DNA from: Vicugna vicugna
Taxonomy: Eukaryota
Direction of reading: 5' to 3'
NCBI GenBank assembly: GCA_013265495.1
Contig: MU058337.1
Span: 3,962,880-4,026,879, forward strand
Length of the DNA stretch: 64,000 nucleotides
Positions 1-13,135 of the stretch are shown here, in pieces; position 1 is the stretch's first letter; each line of letters begins with the position of its first letter. A model generated the notes under the pieces. It searched no databases and was not told where the DNA came from. It worked only from the letters and a program-made list of their open reading frames with translations. A program made the translations under genes and the position numbers.

Positions 1-664
1 GGGAATAATTTTAGTAGTCTGTTTTAGATGAATTGCTTTCCCACTAAAGTAGGTGAAACCAAGGGCAAAATTGATATCCACTCTTCACAGCCAGAGCCCA
101 TTGCCCCACAGCCCCTCTTTGGGGCTGGAAGAGCAGCAAGGGAGGGTTAGCTCCATTGTTCAGGGCTCTGTCAGATACCCCATCACACAGTGACCAAATC
201 AAGAAATAGAATCCTGGAAACGTTTGCTCTTTCTCAACAAATATAATCATCACTAGTAATATTTTGGCCAGTTATTTTTAAAGAATAGATAACTCTTGCC
301 CATTATCACCCCTCCCCAACCCCCTACAAAAAAATACATTTCATGATTTATGGGTTAAAAGTGTGAAGTTCTGAAACTAAAAAAATATTTCACATTGCAA
401 ACAAACTTGTGGGTCAACTGAAAATCCTAAGATGCAGCAACGTGGAATGGCCTTCTAGATCTTACGGAAATCTTTCTTCATTCCGTATCTGAGAAGAAAT
501 GTTACTTTCTACCTTTCCTTCCCTTGCGTCTCCCCGCCGATTGTCTGGAATTGGCCAACAGGCATGAGAGGGCAGGAAGCAGTGGATGAGGAAAGAGGAA
601 GATTAACCTGCAGTGTCTTTCCCACCTCACAACTGTAATTGTGAAGCCTTCATAGACAGAGACT

Positions 665-880
665 GAGAGTTTAGGCTTCAGATCAGACTGACCTTGAGTC
701 CTGGCTTTCCACTGCCCCTTTGTCTAGCTCTGTGACCCTGGGCAAGATTTTTAACCTTTCTAAACCTCAGCTCCCTCATCTGTTAAAAAAAAATATATAA
801 TTACAGAAGCCTCAGGGGTTTGATGAAAAGATAAACTAATGTATGTAAAAGCTAGCACAGTGTCTGGTGTGTAAGTCATA
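665..880 (+). mobile_element. MIR SINE
   Basis: MIR core: tgtgaccctgggcaagatttttaacctttctaaacctcagctccctcatctgt, then gtaaaagctagcacagtgtctgg. Confidence 0.8.
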
Positions 881-1068
881 GATTTTAATAATAAAATTGC
901 TTAAGGTTATGTATCGCCATAGATGCTCTGGGTCGTTGTACATTTGATTCCTTTTGAGCACACAGCAGTGATTTACATTGAAATTTCTCTGAAAGTTTGT
1001 CTAAAGGGCAGTTGCTCTCAGTAAAGAATGACTGTTGAAGGGCTGTCTTGTATGAGTGCTCTCATAGC

Positions 1069-1526
1069 TGTATTAATTTCCTGGGGCTGTCATAACAAGA
1101 GATCATAGAATGGTTCTCTTAAAACACAGAAGTGCGTTCTCTCAGAGTTCTGAGGCTAGAAGTCTGACCCCAAGGTGCCATACGGGCCTTGTTCCCTCTC
1201 AGACTCTGGGTGGAATCCTTCTTTGCCCCTCACATTTTCGAGTGTAGCTGACCATCCTTGCACTTCTTGCCGTCTGGCTGCATTGCTCCCTTCTCTGCCT
1301 TCATCACATGGTCTTCTCCCTGTCTCAGTTTTCCTGTATCCTCTCCTTCCTTCATAAAAACACCAGTCACGTTGGATCAGGGGCCTACCCTACTCCAGGG
1401 TGACTTCATCTTGCCTTAACTAACTACATTTGCAACAATGCTATTTCTAAATAAAGTCACATTCTGAAACACTGGGGGTTAGGTCTTCAACATATATTTT
1501 TGGGGGACACAAGTCAACCCATAACA
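1069..1526 (-). mobile_element. MLT1 (ERVL-MaLR) solo LTR, MLT1A/B-like
   Basis: Starts tgtattaatttcctggggctgtcataaca and ends gggggacacaagtcaacccataaca, with TG...CA termini and typical MLT1 internal motifs. Confidence 0.85.
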
Positions 1527-1530
1527 GTAT

Positions 1531-1660
1531 CTCTTGCCTGGACCATTGCAATGGTTTCTTTCAAAGGCTTTCCTGCTCCACATCCGCTGCCCCCCACTAA
1601 CACATACAGGAGCACATGCATTCTGGTCTCAGCAGAGCAGCAAGAGAGGGCTCATTCACA
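1531..1660 (+). mobile_element. L2 LINE fragment
   Basis: ctcttgcctggaccattgcaatgg...ttcctgctcca...gcagcaagag resembles the L2 ORF2 3' region. Confidence 0.55.
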
Positions 1661-2769
1661 ATGTGGATTATAGCAGGTATTGTAAATCCATTTGTAAGTA
1701 CTCCTAACAAGCACCTGAATGGAGTCAAGCTGTGTTCAGCACTGAGGCTTTTCTCTGGGTCATGCTGATGGTTTAGTCACGTGTCATCATGTTTTGATTG
1801 ATTCTTTTGACAGTAGGCTCTCATTCTAGTTTGAAGCAAATAAGCTAACAAGCCAGACCAGAGCTTGTACTGGGTATATGACCATTCAGGGGGCCAAGTA
1901 CATTTCATAATAAGATCTTTATCAACTTGTCTATTTTGAGAACACTTAGAAAATATTTTGTTATTTTTATATATTTAAAATTCATAAGGAGGACCAATTA
2001 TGAGGCAACTAAATAGATGCATAGGGCCCTGAAATGTTGGAACTTTTAGTTGGAATGCTGTGACATCATCTTATAACTTCAAAAGGAAAACCTTCAGTAG
2101 TATCCTTGACTCTACAAACTATTACCTTTATAAGAAAGAACCTAATAAATATTCTAGCCTATGACACCACATAACTTATGTCAGAAAACTTAAAGAAATA
2201 TCTACTAAAACAAATGGTATCTTAAAATTTATTCAGGAACTTTTGCTCCATGAATCCATTCAACCTAAATCACCAACGAACATCAGTAGAGATACACAGA
2301 GTCAAGTGCAGGCTGCTATGAACTACGTACTCTCTGGACACAGATTCGAGGGTGAGGTGTGTAGAACCTGCAAGAGAAAAGGCTCCCCTTGTGAAAAAAA
2401 AAACTACTTAAAATTCACAGAAAGGAAGTTCACAAACTCAGAGTTACAGGCGATTTTGATTAGTAACATGTCAGTGAAGCACAAGAATTCTTTCACACTC
2501 AGCAAGTCCAAAGTACTCACATCCTAACAGAGCAACTCCTAAATGGCTACAAAATGAAGAGGTAGTGTGTTTCAGATTATTTGCTCACAAAGCTCATTAG
2601 TAAAGTGATTATGGAAACCACAGTGTGGATTTTAATTTTAATGGGCTCACACTTGATACTTCGGTATTGAGATTGGTCAATTTCATGTCTGCATAGACCT
2701 TCTCTCGTGGAGTCAACCATCAACCCAGAAGCATCTTAGTAATATCAATACTACCACTAAAAGTCTGCA

Positions 2770-2930
2770 ACAGGTATGAGGTGCTCAGTATGTGCTAGAC
2801 AACATTTTACGCCTTAACACTTGTTTATTATTTAATCCTTATGATAACTTAATGAGGTGGGTGCTAGTGTAACCTTCATTTTACAGTGAGAAACCTGAGC
2901 TGCCTGAACCCAGGGTTTATAGACCTTGAA
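2770..2930 (-). mobile_element. MIR SINE
   Basis: tttaatccttatgataacttaatgaggtgggtgct...cattttacagtgagaaacctgag is the reverse-strand MIR core. Confidence 0.7.
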
Positions 2931-3049
2931 ACATTATGCTATCTTGCCTCTAAGAATCATTTTTCACAGCGCTTATACTTTTACTATATGCAACAAACAT
3001 CTCAGATTTAAAATATCCAACAAACAAATCCTTTTTATTTCTGCTGCCA

Positions 3050-3930
3050 TCTACTCCTCCTGTAATGTTTCTCACTTCTGTAGACAGCATATAATTTTTT
3101 TCAATTGCACAGGCTAAAAACTTGAGGGTGATCCTTGGACTCCTTTCTTTTCCTCACATCCATCTTCCTATCTACCAGCATATCTAGTCAGCAATCCCTT
3201 CTAGATATTTTTGGAATCTAACCACTTCTCCCAAGTTCCACCACCATCACCCTTACTCAGCTCTCTACCGTCTTTCATCTGGATGACTGCAGTGGCCTTT
3301 TCAAAAGCCTTCCTGCTCCATATCCCACCACCAACACATATAAAAGTGCACAAACCAGTGTCTTACTGCAGCAAGACAGGGCTCTTTGAAACAAAACACA
3401 GTAACCAACCTCAACTCAAACCCGCCAAGGGTTCCCTTCCCATTGTAATGGATAACCAATCTGTGCCCCATTTGAGAGCCAAGCTCCCCATGTTCCCCGG
3501 CTCCCCTCAGCCTCCACTGGCTCAGGGACCTTGCTCCTGGAGCTGTCCCCTCTCCTAGATGATCAGTTTGTCCTCTCGTATGTCTTCCTCACCAGCAGGA
3601 ATAGAGGCTGCTTCAAGTAGACCCTTAGCCTCCACCATTCTTGTGTCCAATATACCTTTAAAGTGCTTTGCATATTCATTATATTAAGTACTGTTCCCAA
3701 TCACCCTCTAACTTCTGACTCTTCCTTTTATGTTCATGGAACATTTCACTGTGTGAAATTTAATTATATAAATCACTACTTGTCAGCTTCCTTATGGTTT
3801 GTCTCCTTCTCTAGATTATAAGCTTCATGAAACCAGAACCTTGTTATTCACAGCTATTCCCTGAGTATCTAAAACAGTGCCTTGTACAAAATAGGCACAA
3901 ATAAACATCTTAGAATGAATCAATGAATGA
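3050..3930 (+). mobile_element. L2 LINE 3' portion
   Basis: ggctaaaaacttgagggtgatccttggactcc and an L2 3' end (tagattataagcttcatga...aaaacagtgccttgtacaaaataggc...gaatgaatcaatgaatga). Confidence 0.75.
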
Positions 3931-4974
3931 GGGGGTAAGTGGATAGATCCTGCTACTCTATACATATCTTTTCTTTGCTATAAGAAAAACCAGTTATCTG
4001 GGATAAGGGCCTGACTTACATCAAACACACTTCTTGGACTTGGTGTAGAACAGTCTTATTTTAACATATGTTAGTATTGTCTAGGTTTGTTAGACATCAT
4101 AATAGCAGCTATATGTGCCTACTACTATTTAATATAAACGGACCATCAACCCCAACTCTACTTATTCCTGTGAATGTTTCACTTTATGTACAAACAGTTG
4201 AATCCACTGTCTCCAATTTACCCTGCAATGAACAATCAACACCTTGGTTTCTTTGAACTCTCTCCATTATCTTTGGAAATTCATTTAAATTCAAGTTTTA
4301 TTATCTACATTGTTGCAACTCCTTTTTAGTAAAGGTTTGAAAGAAACAAATTCATATATTTAAATGTACGTACTGTCCCCTTCCAAAACCTCGTGTTCTT
4401 AACCTCTCAAACCTGCTCAACAATTATCGACATCTCTGAATGCTTAGCGCCCCTTTTTTTCCTCAAACTGCAAAAGCAATTACACTTTTAAAACTCTCAT
4501 GAAAAAAACTAATCACAGTAAGCAGAATAAAATGCCATTCTGAATGACAGGACAGAGCTTTGGAAAACATCAGTATTCACAGAACAAACCCAAGTTTACT
4601 GAAACCAACAGGTGGCTTGGTTCTCCCTACAGTGTTGACAAATACAGCTTCTAAGGCTGTTGTGCCTCAGAGAAGCCCCCAAAAAAGGCCAGGAGAAGAA
4701 ATCATAATGACAGTGTTTGGTGTTTATTGCCTTCCAATAAAAATAATCTCCTGTTCTGTAGACCTGCAAAGTCACAGCTGACAAAGCCATGTTGCCCCAA
4801 AGGACTGTCCTCTGGGAACCCTTGTGGAGTGCCATCCAGAGAGCAGAGGGAGAGTCCAGCATCTACAGAGCCTTCTGTGGAAAGGCATGCCTGTTTGTTA
4901 CCTAGGATCTGTCCAAGAGCCTTTGGGAAAATATCAGGAGAGCAATGACTTGTGTTTGATACAGAAGATGTATA

Positions 4975-5095
4975 AATTCTGCAGTTCCTATGCAACATAC
5001 TGCCTGTAGTTGACAATACTGTGCTGTGTATTTTAAAAAAATTAAGAGGGTTGATCTCATGTTAAGTGTTCGTAACACACACACATACAGGGAAA
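4975..5095 (+). mobile_element. Old L1 (L1MB-like) 3' UTR fragment
   Basis: tgtagttgacaatactgtgctgtgtatttt...aagagggttgatctcatgttaagtgttc matches L1M 3' UTR motifs. Confidence 0.65.
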
Positions 5096-5112
5096 CAAGG
5101 AAATTGATAGAT

Positions 5113-5114
5113 GA

Positions 5115-5187
<73 letters not shown>

Positions 5188-5576
5188 GGAAGGAAAGAAA
5201 GATGGAAGGAAGGAAAGAAAGAAAGAAAGAAAGGAAGAAAGAAAGAGAAGAAAGGAAGGAAGGAAGGAAGGGGAAAGAAAAGAAAGAAAGAAAAAGGAAG
5301 GAAGGAAGGAAGGAAGGAAGAAAGGAAGAAAGAGAAGAAAGGAAGGAAGGAAGGGGAAAGAAAAGAAAGAAAGAGAGAAAAAGATAGAAAGAAAGAGAAA
5401 GGAAGGAAGAAAAGAAAGAAAGAAAGAAAGGAAGGAAGGAAGGGGAAAGAAAAGAAAGAAAGAGAGAAAAAGAAAGAAAGAAAGAGAAAGAAAGGAAGGA
5501 AGAGAGAAAGGAAGGAAGAAAAGAAAGAAAGGAAGGAAGGAAGAAAGGAAGAAAGAAAGGAAGGAAGGAAGGAAGA
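5113..5576 (+). repeat. Compound (GAAA)n/(GGAA)n polypurine microsatellite
   Basis: 464 bp of G/A with only three T (5187, 5203, 5385). It begins with 18 perfect GAAA units (5113-5184). Confidence 0.97.
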
Positions 5577-6909
5577 CAAACTTGAGTTTATACTTGAGTG
5601 GAAAGCACTGTTTCTAAACCAAGTTGTCCTCTCTGAAGAGTCAGTGGCAAGACATCCCGACTGAGTGTCAAGGTGCCCACTCATGGCGCCTCCTGGGAGA
5701 AGACTGCATCCCCATTCAAGGTGTGATGTGAAGAGGCTCATGGGAAGTCACCATGGGGCGCTCACAGGCAAGTGTGATGAACAGAGACTCTCGTCTGTCA
5801 CTCCTTTAACAGCTGCTGAATCCCTGGAGATGAATTCAGGCTTCCTCCAGCACTGGACAGACTCACCTCTCCCCAGAAGTGTCCACAGAGCTGAACATGG
5901 GAATTCGTTTACAGAAGGCTCTGTCTTCCATGCAGTGAATCAGTGCTCAGAACCACAATTCTGGAAGAAGAAGAAACAAGCTCATCATTTTTCAGGCAGT
6001 TCCGTGACCGGGTACTCTGGCTCTTTGAAGTTTTTGGTAGTTAAAATACATATCTTCAGGGTCTGATGTACCGATTTTCAAACTATGTTCCCCAGAGATC
6101 AAGGGTTCAGGGGCTTCCTCATAAGCTCCCTTGGGACAGCAGAGATAGGGCTCAGAGCCTCCCTCCTACCTTCCAACCTCCTCCCTTTGGGCAGCCTCAC
6201 TTGTCCAGTTTAAATATTGACTTTCGAATACAGTTTTTTTTTAATGTGAAAACTATTATTTAGTGATTTGTACATGAAAGAGTAAAATCCTAGCACTCCA
6301 TCTCTTTCTGAGGGAGGTGGCCTCCCTTAAGTACACATGGTACCTTGTCTACCTCAGGTTGCTCTGTGGTGTTGAGTATATTTAGATTTCTAGATGACAG
6401 TGAGATCTTAAGCAGAAAAACAGAAATACTTACATTATTTTTGTTATATAAGATGCTGTATTTTGTTTTTGTCCTAAGTATACAGTTAGAATTGAAGAAA
6501 AACCACCAGAATTCTTGGGACAAACCAGATCATCTTAGACATCAACTTTGTAGAGAAGGGGTAAAGGCTGTCTGGATTGCAGGCATGTTACTATCAAGCC
6601 GTACCCTGTGGGTCATGGGTGTTGTCTTCCATACATGTTAGCTACTCTAGGCCCCCTACATTGGATGGGCTAGAACCAATAAAGGTCTGAGATACACAGC
6701 CCACATGTGCCCCAAGATTTATCCTGATTCCCATCTATTCTTTTCCCATCCTGTGTTCCAATCCTTGCAATTTAATCCACTCATGTTTTAACCTACAGCC
6801 CCATATATCCAGAGGGCCACATCCATCTCAACCTAGCACCTCCAACTTTGCTCTTATTATCCCAACCTGTTCCTATTTAAAGTTCCTTGTCTCAGCTAAT
6901 GCCTTAACC

Positions 6910-7128
6910 CAGGGATCAATTAACTGTGTAAAGGGCCAAATAGTAAACATTTTAGGCTTTGTGAGCCATAAGCTCTTGAGGCAAGCAGTCAACTCTACCA
7001 CTGCAGTCCAGAAGCAGCCACAGGTAACACGTAAATGAGTGGGTATGGCCACATTCCGATAAAACTTCATTTACAAAAATAGCCAGCAGGTCAGATTTGT
7101 CCCAGGGGCTGCCATTTGTTGACCTTTG
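6910..7128 (+). mobile_element. MER58A hAT-Charlie DNA transposon (MITE)
   Basis: caggga...gtaaagggccaaatagtaaacattttaggctttg...ccgataaaacttcatttacaaaaa...tttgttgacctttg. Confidence 0.85.
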
Positions 7129-7139
7129 CCTTACAATTC

Positions 7140-7940
7140 ACCCCGTGTGTAAGCCACACACCTGAGGGTCATCCTTCTTGCTTCTCTTTTTCCTACTACC
7201 CAAATCAAATGGCTTACTAAGTCCTATTAATTTTGTCTTCCATATATTTCCAGTCCTACCACTGTCCTCAAAGTCCTCTGTAAGTAGATGAATCCGGTTC
7301 CTCAGTTCTTGCCTCCACTGCTATAATAGCCTCCTGACTTATTTCATGCCTCTCCCTTTCCGATTTATCTTTTCCCCACCACCAAGTATGTTGCATATAA
7401 ACTTCGTGTTACTGTCCCAATTAACATTGGCCAACAGTTATTTTGTAGCCCATAGGAGAAACTCCACACCCTTTACTCGGTATTAATGACCCTTATGTGA
7501 TCAGAGCCTGGGCCTCATACACTGACGTTCCCCTAACTGCGCACACACATCCCATCTACCCCAGATGTACCATGGCTTTCAGCCCACCTTACTGATTCAT
7601 ATGCCTGTCCCTTGCCTGGACCATTCATGCCATTCCCTCTACCAATGTTATCCCACATTCCCCACACTGGTCCAGCTGGTTAACTCCAATTCCTTTAAGA
7701 TTCAGCTCAGGCATCATCCTACATGGACGCCCTTAGCAGGCCATCACTCAGCAAAGCTGATCTTTCCTATTTTTCCTGCTGCTGTACCTAGTGCATGTCT
7801 CTGCTAGAGCGTAGACCTCATTGTATCACAAATATTCTTATGTGCATCTTCCATCCTTAACAGAAAGCATTTAGCATGATCCTTGGCACAAAGTGCATGC
7901 TCATTAGCTGTTTACTGCTAAGTACATTAATGAACTGATT
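7140..7940 (+). mobile_element. L2 LINE fragment
   Basis: cacctgagggtcatcctt, tataatagcctcctgact, aactccaattcctttaagattcagctcaggcatca, and an L2-like 3' end. Confidence 0.7.
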
Positions 7941-8395
7941 AGTGGTCCTATCGCAAACCATATCCATGGTGACTTTATATTGATACCTGGTGAAATTTTG
8001 TCCACTTTGAAATTGATAACTGAAGGGTTTCATTCATTTTGAAATTGCTTGGGTTCCTTGAATTTTTTTCCCCTCATCTTCTCGTTCAAGCTTTTACAGC
8101 TGCATCTGAAATACAGTCTCAAGATGATGCACATATTCATCATATGATGCAGCAAACATGGTGCGAATTTAATTCATCCCACAATATTAGAAGATTGGAT
8201 ATAAAAATATTATTCCTATACTCATTATTTGGGAACAAACTGCAAAATATTTGAGGAAGCTTAATTTTATGTATACTATACCCTATCTTTATGAGAAAAT
8301 TTGAAATCAAATTTCTAAATTGTTTATTATAAGGTTTCGTAAATATGCCAACCAGCAACTTGGACTGTGAAGTTTATCTGCTTATTTCAATACAA

Positions 8396-8629
8396 TAGGG
8401 GATCATAAACTTTTCTCTAAGAGGCCAGATAGTAAATATTTTGGACTTTTCAGGCCATATTGTCTCTATTGTATATTCTTCTTTGTGAATACACACACAC
8501 TTGGCAACCTTTTAAAAATGTAAAAACCACTCTTAGCTTGAATGCTATACAATGTTTTTAATACATTTTTTAAAGACCGCTAATGACCAGAGAGGATTTT
8601 ACTCAGAAGGCACGGTTTGCCAATCCTCG
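8396..8629 (+). mobile_element. MER58B hAT-Charlie DNA transposon
   Basis: aaacttttctctaagaggccagatagtaaatattttggac...ttttaaaaatgtaaaaaccactcttagc...ggtttgccaatcc. Confidence 0.8.
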
Positions 8630-8744
8630 TTCTACAACAGTTGTTTGTTTTCTACTAATTATTTTGTTTTAACCTGTTTTTATCAAGTTAGTTATTGGGT
8701 GAGTCTTAAATAAACAAACAGTGGATATTTATTCTACTTTTCAA

Positions 8745-9200
8745 GTCTTTAGAAGGTAAAATCAACAAGACTTATTGAACAGCTGCCATGATACAAGGGA
8801 GAACATGGAGCCTAAAGTTACCCCAGGTTTTAAACATAATGGATCTGGTGGAAAAGATGAGTAGTACATCTGAAGTGGGACACACGCATTTTTGACTTAA
8901 TATGACTTCTGTATCTTCCTAAATGTTACTCAGGGACTTGCACTGTGCTGAATTTGGAAACATGGAATATCGAGTTTTCAGGAGGGTAGAGAGAACACAT
9001 ACACCATGTCTATGACATATGGAGGTGGAGATATGCAGTAGAGAGATGCATATGACAGTGTTTATACAGAAGAGAGGCATGGCTGGAGTATAATCTGGGG
9101 GATCATAAGCATATTGGTGATACTTTAAACCAAGAGTGTGGCTAGAAGTATCCAGAAAGAGGGTGTAAGAGGAGAAGAATCAGTAGGTGTAGGGACAGTT
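8745..9200 (-). mobile_element. L2 LINE fragment
   Basis: agaaggtaaaatcaacaagactt...gagaggcatggctggagtataatctgggggatcataagcata is antisense L2-like sequence. Confidence 0.6.
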
Positions 9201-9859
9201 TGGCAGGACAAGTGTGTGCTCTATTCTCCCCAACCTCCATGCAAGTTGTCATCCCGAACACAGTAAGATAATCATGGGATCAATGGCTTCATCTCTAAAG
9301 TTAGAGGATGCTCAGCTGGTCCATGTGCCCCTACATTATATTCTCAGAGAGGTGGTGGGTAAGAGACAGCTAAAAGTAGGAGCAGAAGAATCCAGCATTT
9401 GTTGACCTCAACCCCCTTAGTGTTGAAGAAAGTGAGTGAGGTGACAGTGGCTGTTCTGTGTGGGCACCTGTTTCAGAAGAGTTTTGGTTTTTCTAGATAG
9501 AATGTCACTGGTTACGGGAATGATTTGGTTTTGTGGTTCACACATTTAGAATCTATCTATAAACAGCTGTGTGTACACAGGAGGTATAATAAATGCTCAC
9601 TGAGTGAGAATATGACCATTTTTTCCACTGGTGCTATGGAAAGTGATTCAGCTCCTTTTAGCATTTTTTGCAAATATATAAAAGTGCAACAGGTCATCTT
9701 TAAATTATTTCCATTTAGATCCTTTGTAGTGAATGCTCTTCATTATCACTTACTGTTAATGATTAACTGTTAACTTTGTCTAGTGTTGTTCTCTAGGATT
9801 AGAGAACTTCCTGTGGGAAATTAATAGCCACAGTTCACTGTTACAGAATGAACAGAAAT

Positions 9860-9948
9860 CATTATGCTGTACACCTTAAACTTACCCAGTGTCATATGTC
9901 AATTCTCTCTCAATAAAACTGGAAGGAAAAAAAAACAACAAAACAAAA
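9860..9948 (+). mobile_element. Very short 5'-truncated L1 3' terminus with A-rich tail
   Basis: tgctgtacaccttaaactta...tatgtcaattctctctcaataaaactggaaggaaaaaaaaa. Confidence 0.75.
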
Positions 9949-12900
9949 TGATAGAATATGCAGTATATTTTAAAGCAACAAGTGTTTAATGGAGAATTAC
10001 TGAAACAGCTTTTTTTTTCTGTAATTGCTAAACTCACACCTTCTTGACCAACAGTGGACATTATTCTTAAAAGAATGTTTCAGGTTAAGATTGAATGAAA
10101 ATCTAAGAGGTGGTTAGATTCACGTTCATCCTCAGCTAAAGCTGACAATTTCAGAATTAAAATGTGGATCTGTCTTTGTGCTCGACTCAGGTCCTAAAAC
10201 GATATCATTTTGTGGACTCGCTTTTCCTTACTTTTCAAACTGCAAAATGGAACGTTGGCACGCAAAGGTCACCTCGGCCAGCCACTTTTCCACAAAACAT
10301 GGCGCAATGACATTTGAATTCAACCTTGTGTCTACTGAACTACTCACTAGACTTACTTTGACAGATCTGAGTATGATAGATGTAGATTTCCATCCAAAAG
10401 GTTTGGCTAGGCCTCAGCAGGAATATAACCTTTCTTAAAGGTTATTTTTAACCACTTGCTAAAAATTCCTGGAGGAAAAAAAAGTGACGTGCCCTTTAGT
10501 AAAATGAATACAATAATATACCTACAATTGATACCACTGCAGTCGAGTTTGGCCAATTGCCTGAGTAAGAACCGACTCCTTAATAGCCAGGAGCTGTCCA
10601 GCTCTGACCCTGCCCCTTGAATGGGGGCTTAAACCAAAGATTATGCAGAAACTGAGCCACAGTCTAATTTTGAAACAAAGAGAAAGAGGAGGAAATAAAA
10701 ACCTCTAAGGTAGTTCTTGCAAACCCTCCATTATATTGTCAATTAGCTCTGATACTGTTTTTATAAAGTCAAATCAAATATAATGCAATGGATTTATTCA
10801 TTAGGAATCTCATTGACTCAGTGAAGGTTAATCTAACAGTTAAACAATGTTTGGCTTTATTTTCAAAAGATTTTAATATGATCTCCATCGCTGAGAGATA
10901 AAGTAGAATTAAGAAATATAGCAATCAGCACATTGACTGGACCAACAAAATTAGCAGCACTCCATTTGAGATAATAACCAAAAATTATTTGCCAAATAAG
11001 ACTCCATTTACTTTTATAATTTGTTAGTGATTGGTTAAGAAAAAAAGGTTGAACAAATATAATTAATCTTCTTGCTTGTGGAGTTTTGGTAATGCAGATT
11101 TCATCTTGACAGCATCAAAGCCAATATATTGCCATTCTTTAATTCACAGCTAAAAATCTCTCATTCCAGGGTTCTCCAATTATTAAGGTCATAAGAGGAA
11201 TTAGCAGCAGCGCCATGCTGGCTATACATGGTTTGGACTGTGTGTTTCTGGGTTTGGTTGAATGGGTGGCACTGATCAAAGCCTTCTCTACAAGTTCCTC
11301 TTCCCTCCCCTCTTGACAGCTGTGGATACAGACAATCCCAGGAGACAGCTCTGAGGAAGATGTACACTTCCTGGGAAGATCTGCTCCCGCTCCTTAAGAG
11401 TAGAGTTAGAAGCTGAAAATATGCCCCTGTGGCAATACTCAAAGAGAGATCCAAACCGGAGTTGTAGAGGAAAGGCTCCTGCCTGGCACTGTCCTCTGAG
11501 ATCAAGGTAGTGATTTTGTCCAAAAACCTTTTCATTTGTTTTCAATATTTTTTCTCAAAAAAGCAAACCACTGTATTTCATTCATTTCTCTTTTTAAAGA
11601 AAAATTAGGTGCATTTTATCAGTTACTTTACAAAAAGAAGACCATTTCTTCAAGCCCATTTAACTAGTGTAAAACGTTAGAAACCAAATGCCCGTGTTTT
11701 GAGATGCCCATCACTCCAAAAACTCCCTGTCATACCCTTTGTTTAAGCTACTTATGTAAACATTAGTATCCATTGTTTTTTAACAAATTCACTTATTATT
11801 GGCCTGAGACTCTAAACTTAAGTCTACCTCAGGAAAATAGGTATTGTGAAATATGTGATATATGAGAGCCCAATTAAAATCCCATTTTTAAAATCAGTGT
11901 TCCAGCTTTATCGATTAGACAATGCTGCCTAAAAGAAAATGGTAAAGATGGAAAATCCTCACTAGTAGTTTGAAAACCGGTTCCCTTTCTCAGACTTCAG
12001 ATGCACGAATGCAGAACTTTCAGGGAAAAGGAGTAAAACAACCAGGATAGGACGTCTGATATTTTTTAACATATAAAGTTGCAGTGTGGGTACCCTTCCA
12101 ATTTTATGGATTTTTCTAAAAAGCACAGAGTATGTCTTTAAATGCATTAAACACTGTCAGCAAGACTCTGCTGTGACATCCCAGTTGGCACACATATGTC
12201 TGCTTCTAAAATGCCCACTGTGCATTGGGCTCCAGGAGACTTCCCATGTGCACAGTGTCACCAGGGCTCATAAACACCTCAACTCCAAACTGCTAAATTC
12301 TAAATGTTCAAGGACTGTGTCTACCAACTATGGAAATTACTATAGGTACACAGGCTCCAGGCACTAAAGAAGTTAAGTTGGGATGAAACAGTGTTTGCGA
12401 AAAGTTAACATTTTAGTAAACATTATATTTAAAATCTTCCTGACGTAATTGTGTAGCTTTGATGTAGTATAAAATTTCATACTTTGTACACTTCTCCAGT
12501 AGGCATTAAACCATATAGAATTTATGATAAATCTGGACGGGGAATGGATGGGGGGATGGCTGAAGAATGCACTAGGGAGGGTAATTAACTCCACTACTGA
12601 CCTGAGATCAACACTCTGATACGTCAGTTGTTAATGATGAGGTTCCGAGGATGGCAGCCGACATAGGACCTGGCTACAGCTCTCATCCCCCAATTGGGTC
12701 ACGGTGAGCACTACTAGGAGTTTTCTAGTCCATTCAAATTAGTTCAAGATTTCATTGCCTCCTGCATGCTAAACTCTGTGCTAGGAATTCCACTTAAAGG
12801 CTTTAAATTAAAGTGTAGATGCTTCTGGGATGCAGTTTCCTTCCATGTGAGATACATTAGTGATTGCAAGAGTCCCTTCCTGTTTCACTTTGTTTTCACT

Positions 12901-13019
12901 CTCTTGTCTGTGTCCTCGCCTCAGTCCCACTCCCTGCATTAGGCACCTACCTCCACTGCTGTGTTTGAAACAGATCTTTAAATATGCGTGTATCCTTGTA
13001 AAATCTGTAGTGCTTTGCT

Positions 13020-13135
13020 TGTGCTGTGAATTTACATAAGGAGTCTTGTGCAATCAATTCCCTGCTGTTTCCTACTTTTTCACCTGGGCGTTGTGTTTTT
13101 AAATTCCACCCATGTTGCTGAGTGCACAGTCTGTC
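13020..13135 (-). mobile_element. Old L1 (L1ME-like) fragment
   Basis: ctttttcacctgggcgttgtgtttttaaattccacccatgttgctg resembles antisense L1ME 3' region. Confidence 0.45.

Noticed and set aside
4902..5741. Long ORFs (279 aa F/L/S-rich on minus; 212 and 168 aa K/E/R-rich on plus)
   Set aside because: Artefacts of the stop-free GAAA/GGAA microsatellite.
11161..11535. 124-aa minus-strand ORF and TAGCAGCA (miR-15/16-like seed) hairpin at 11202-11224
   Set aside because: The ORF resembles no protein I know. The stem is far too short for a pre-miRNA, and the sequence after the seed matches no miR-15/16 family member I recall.
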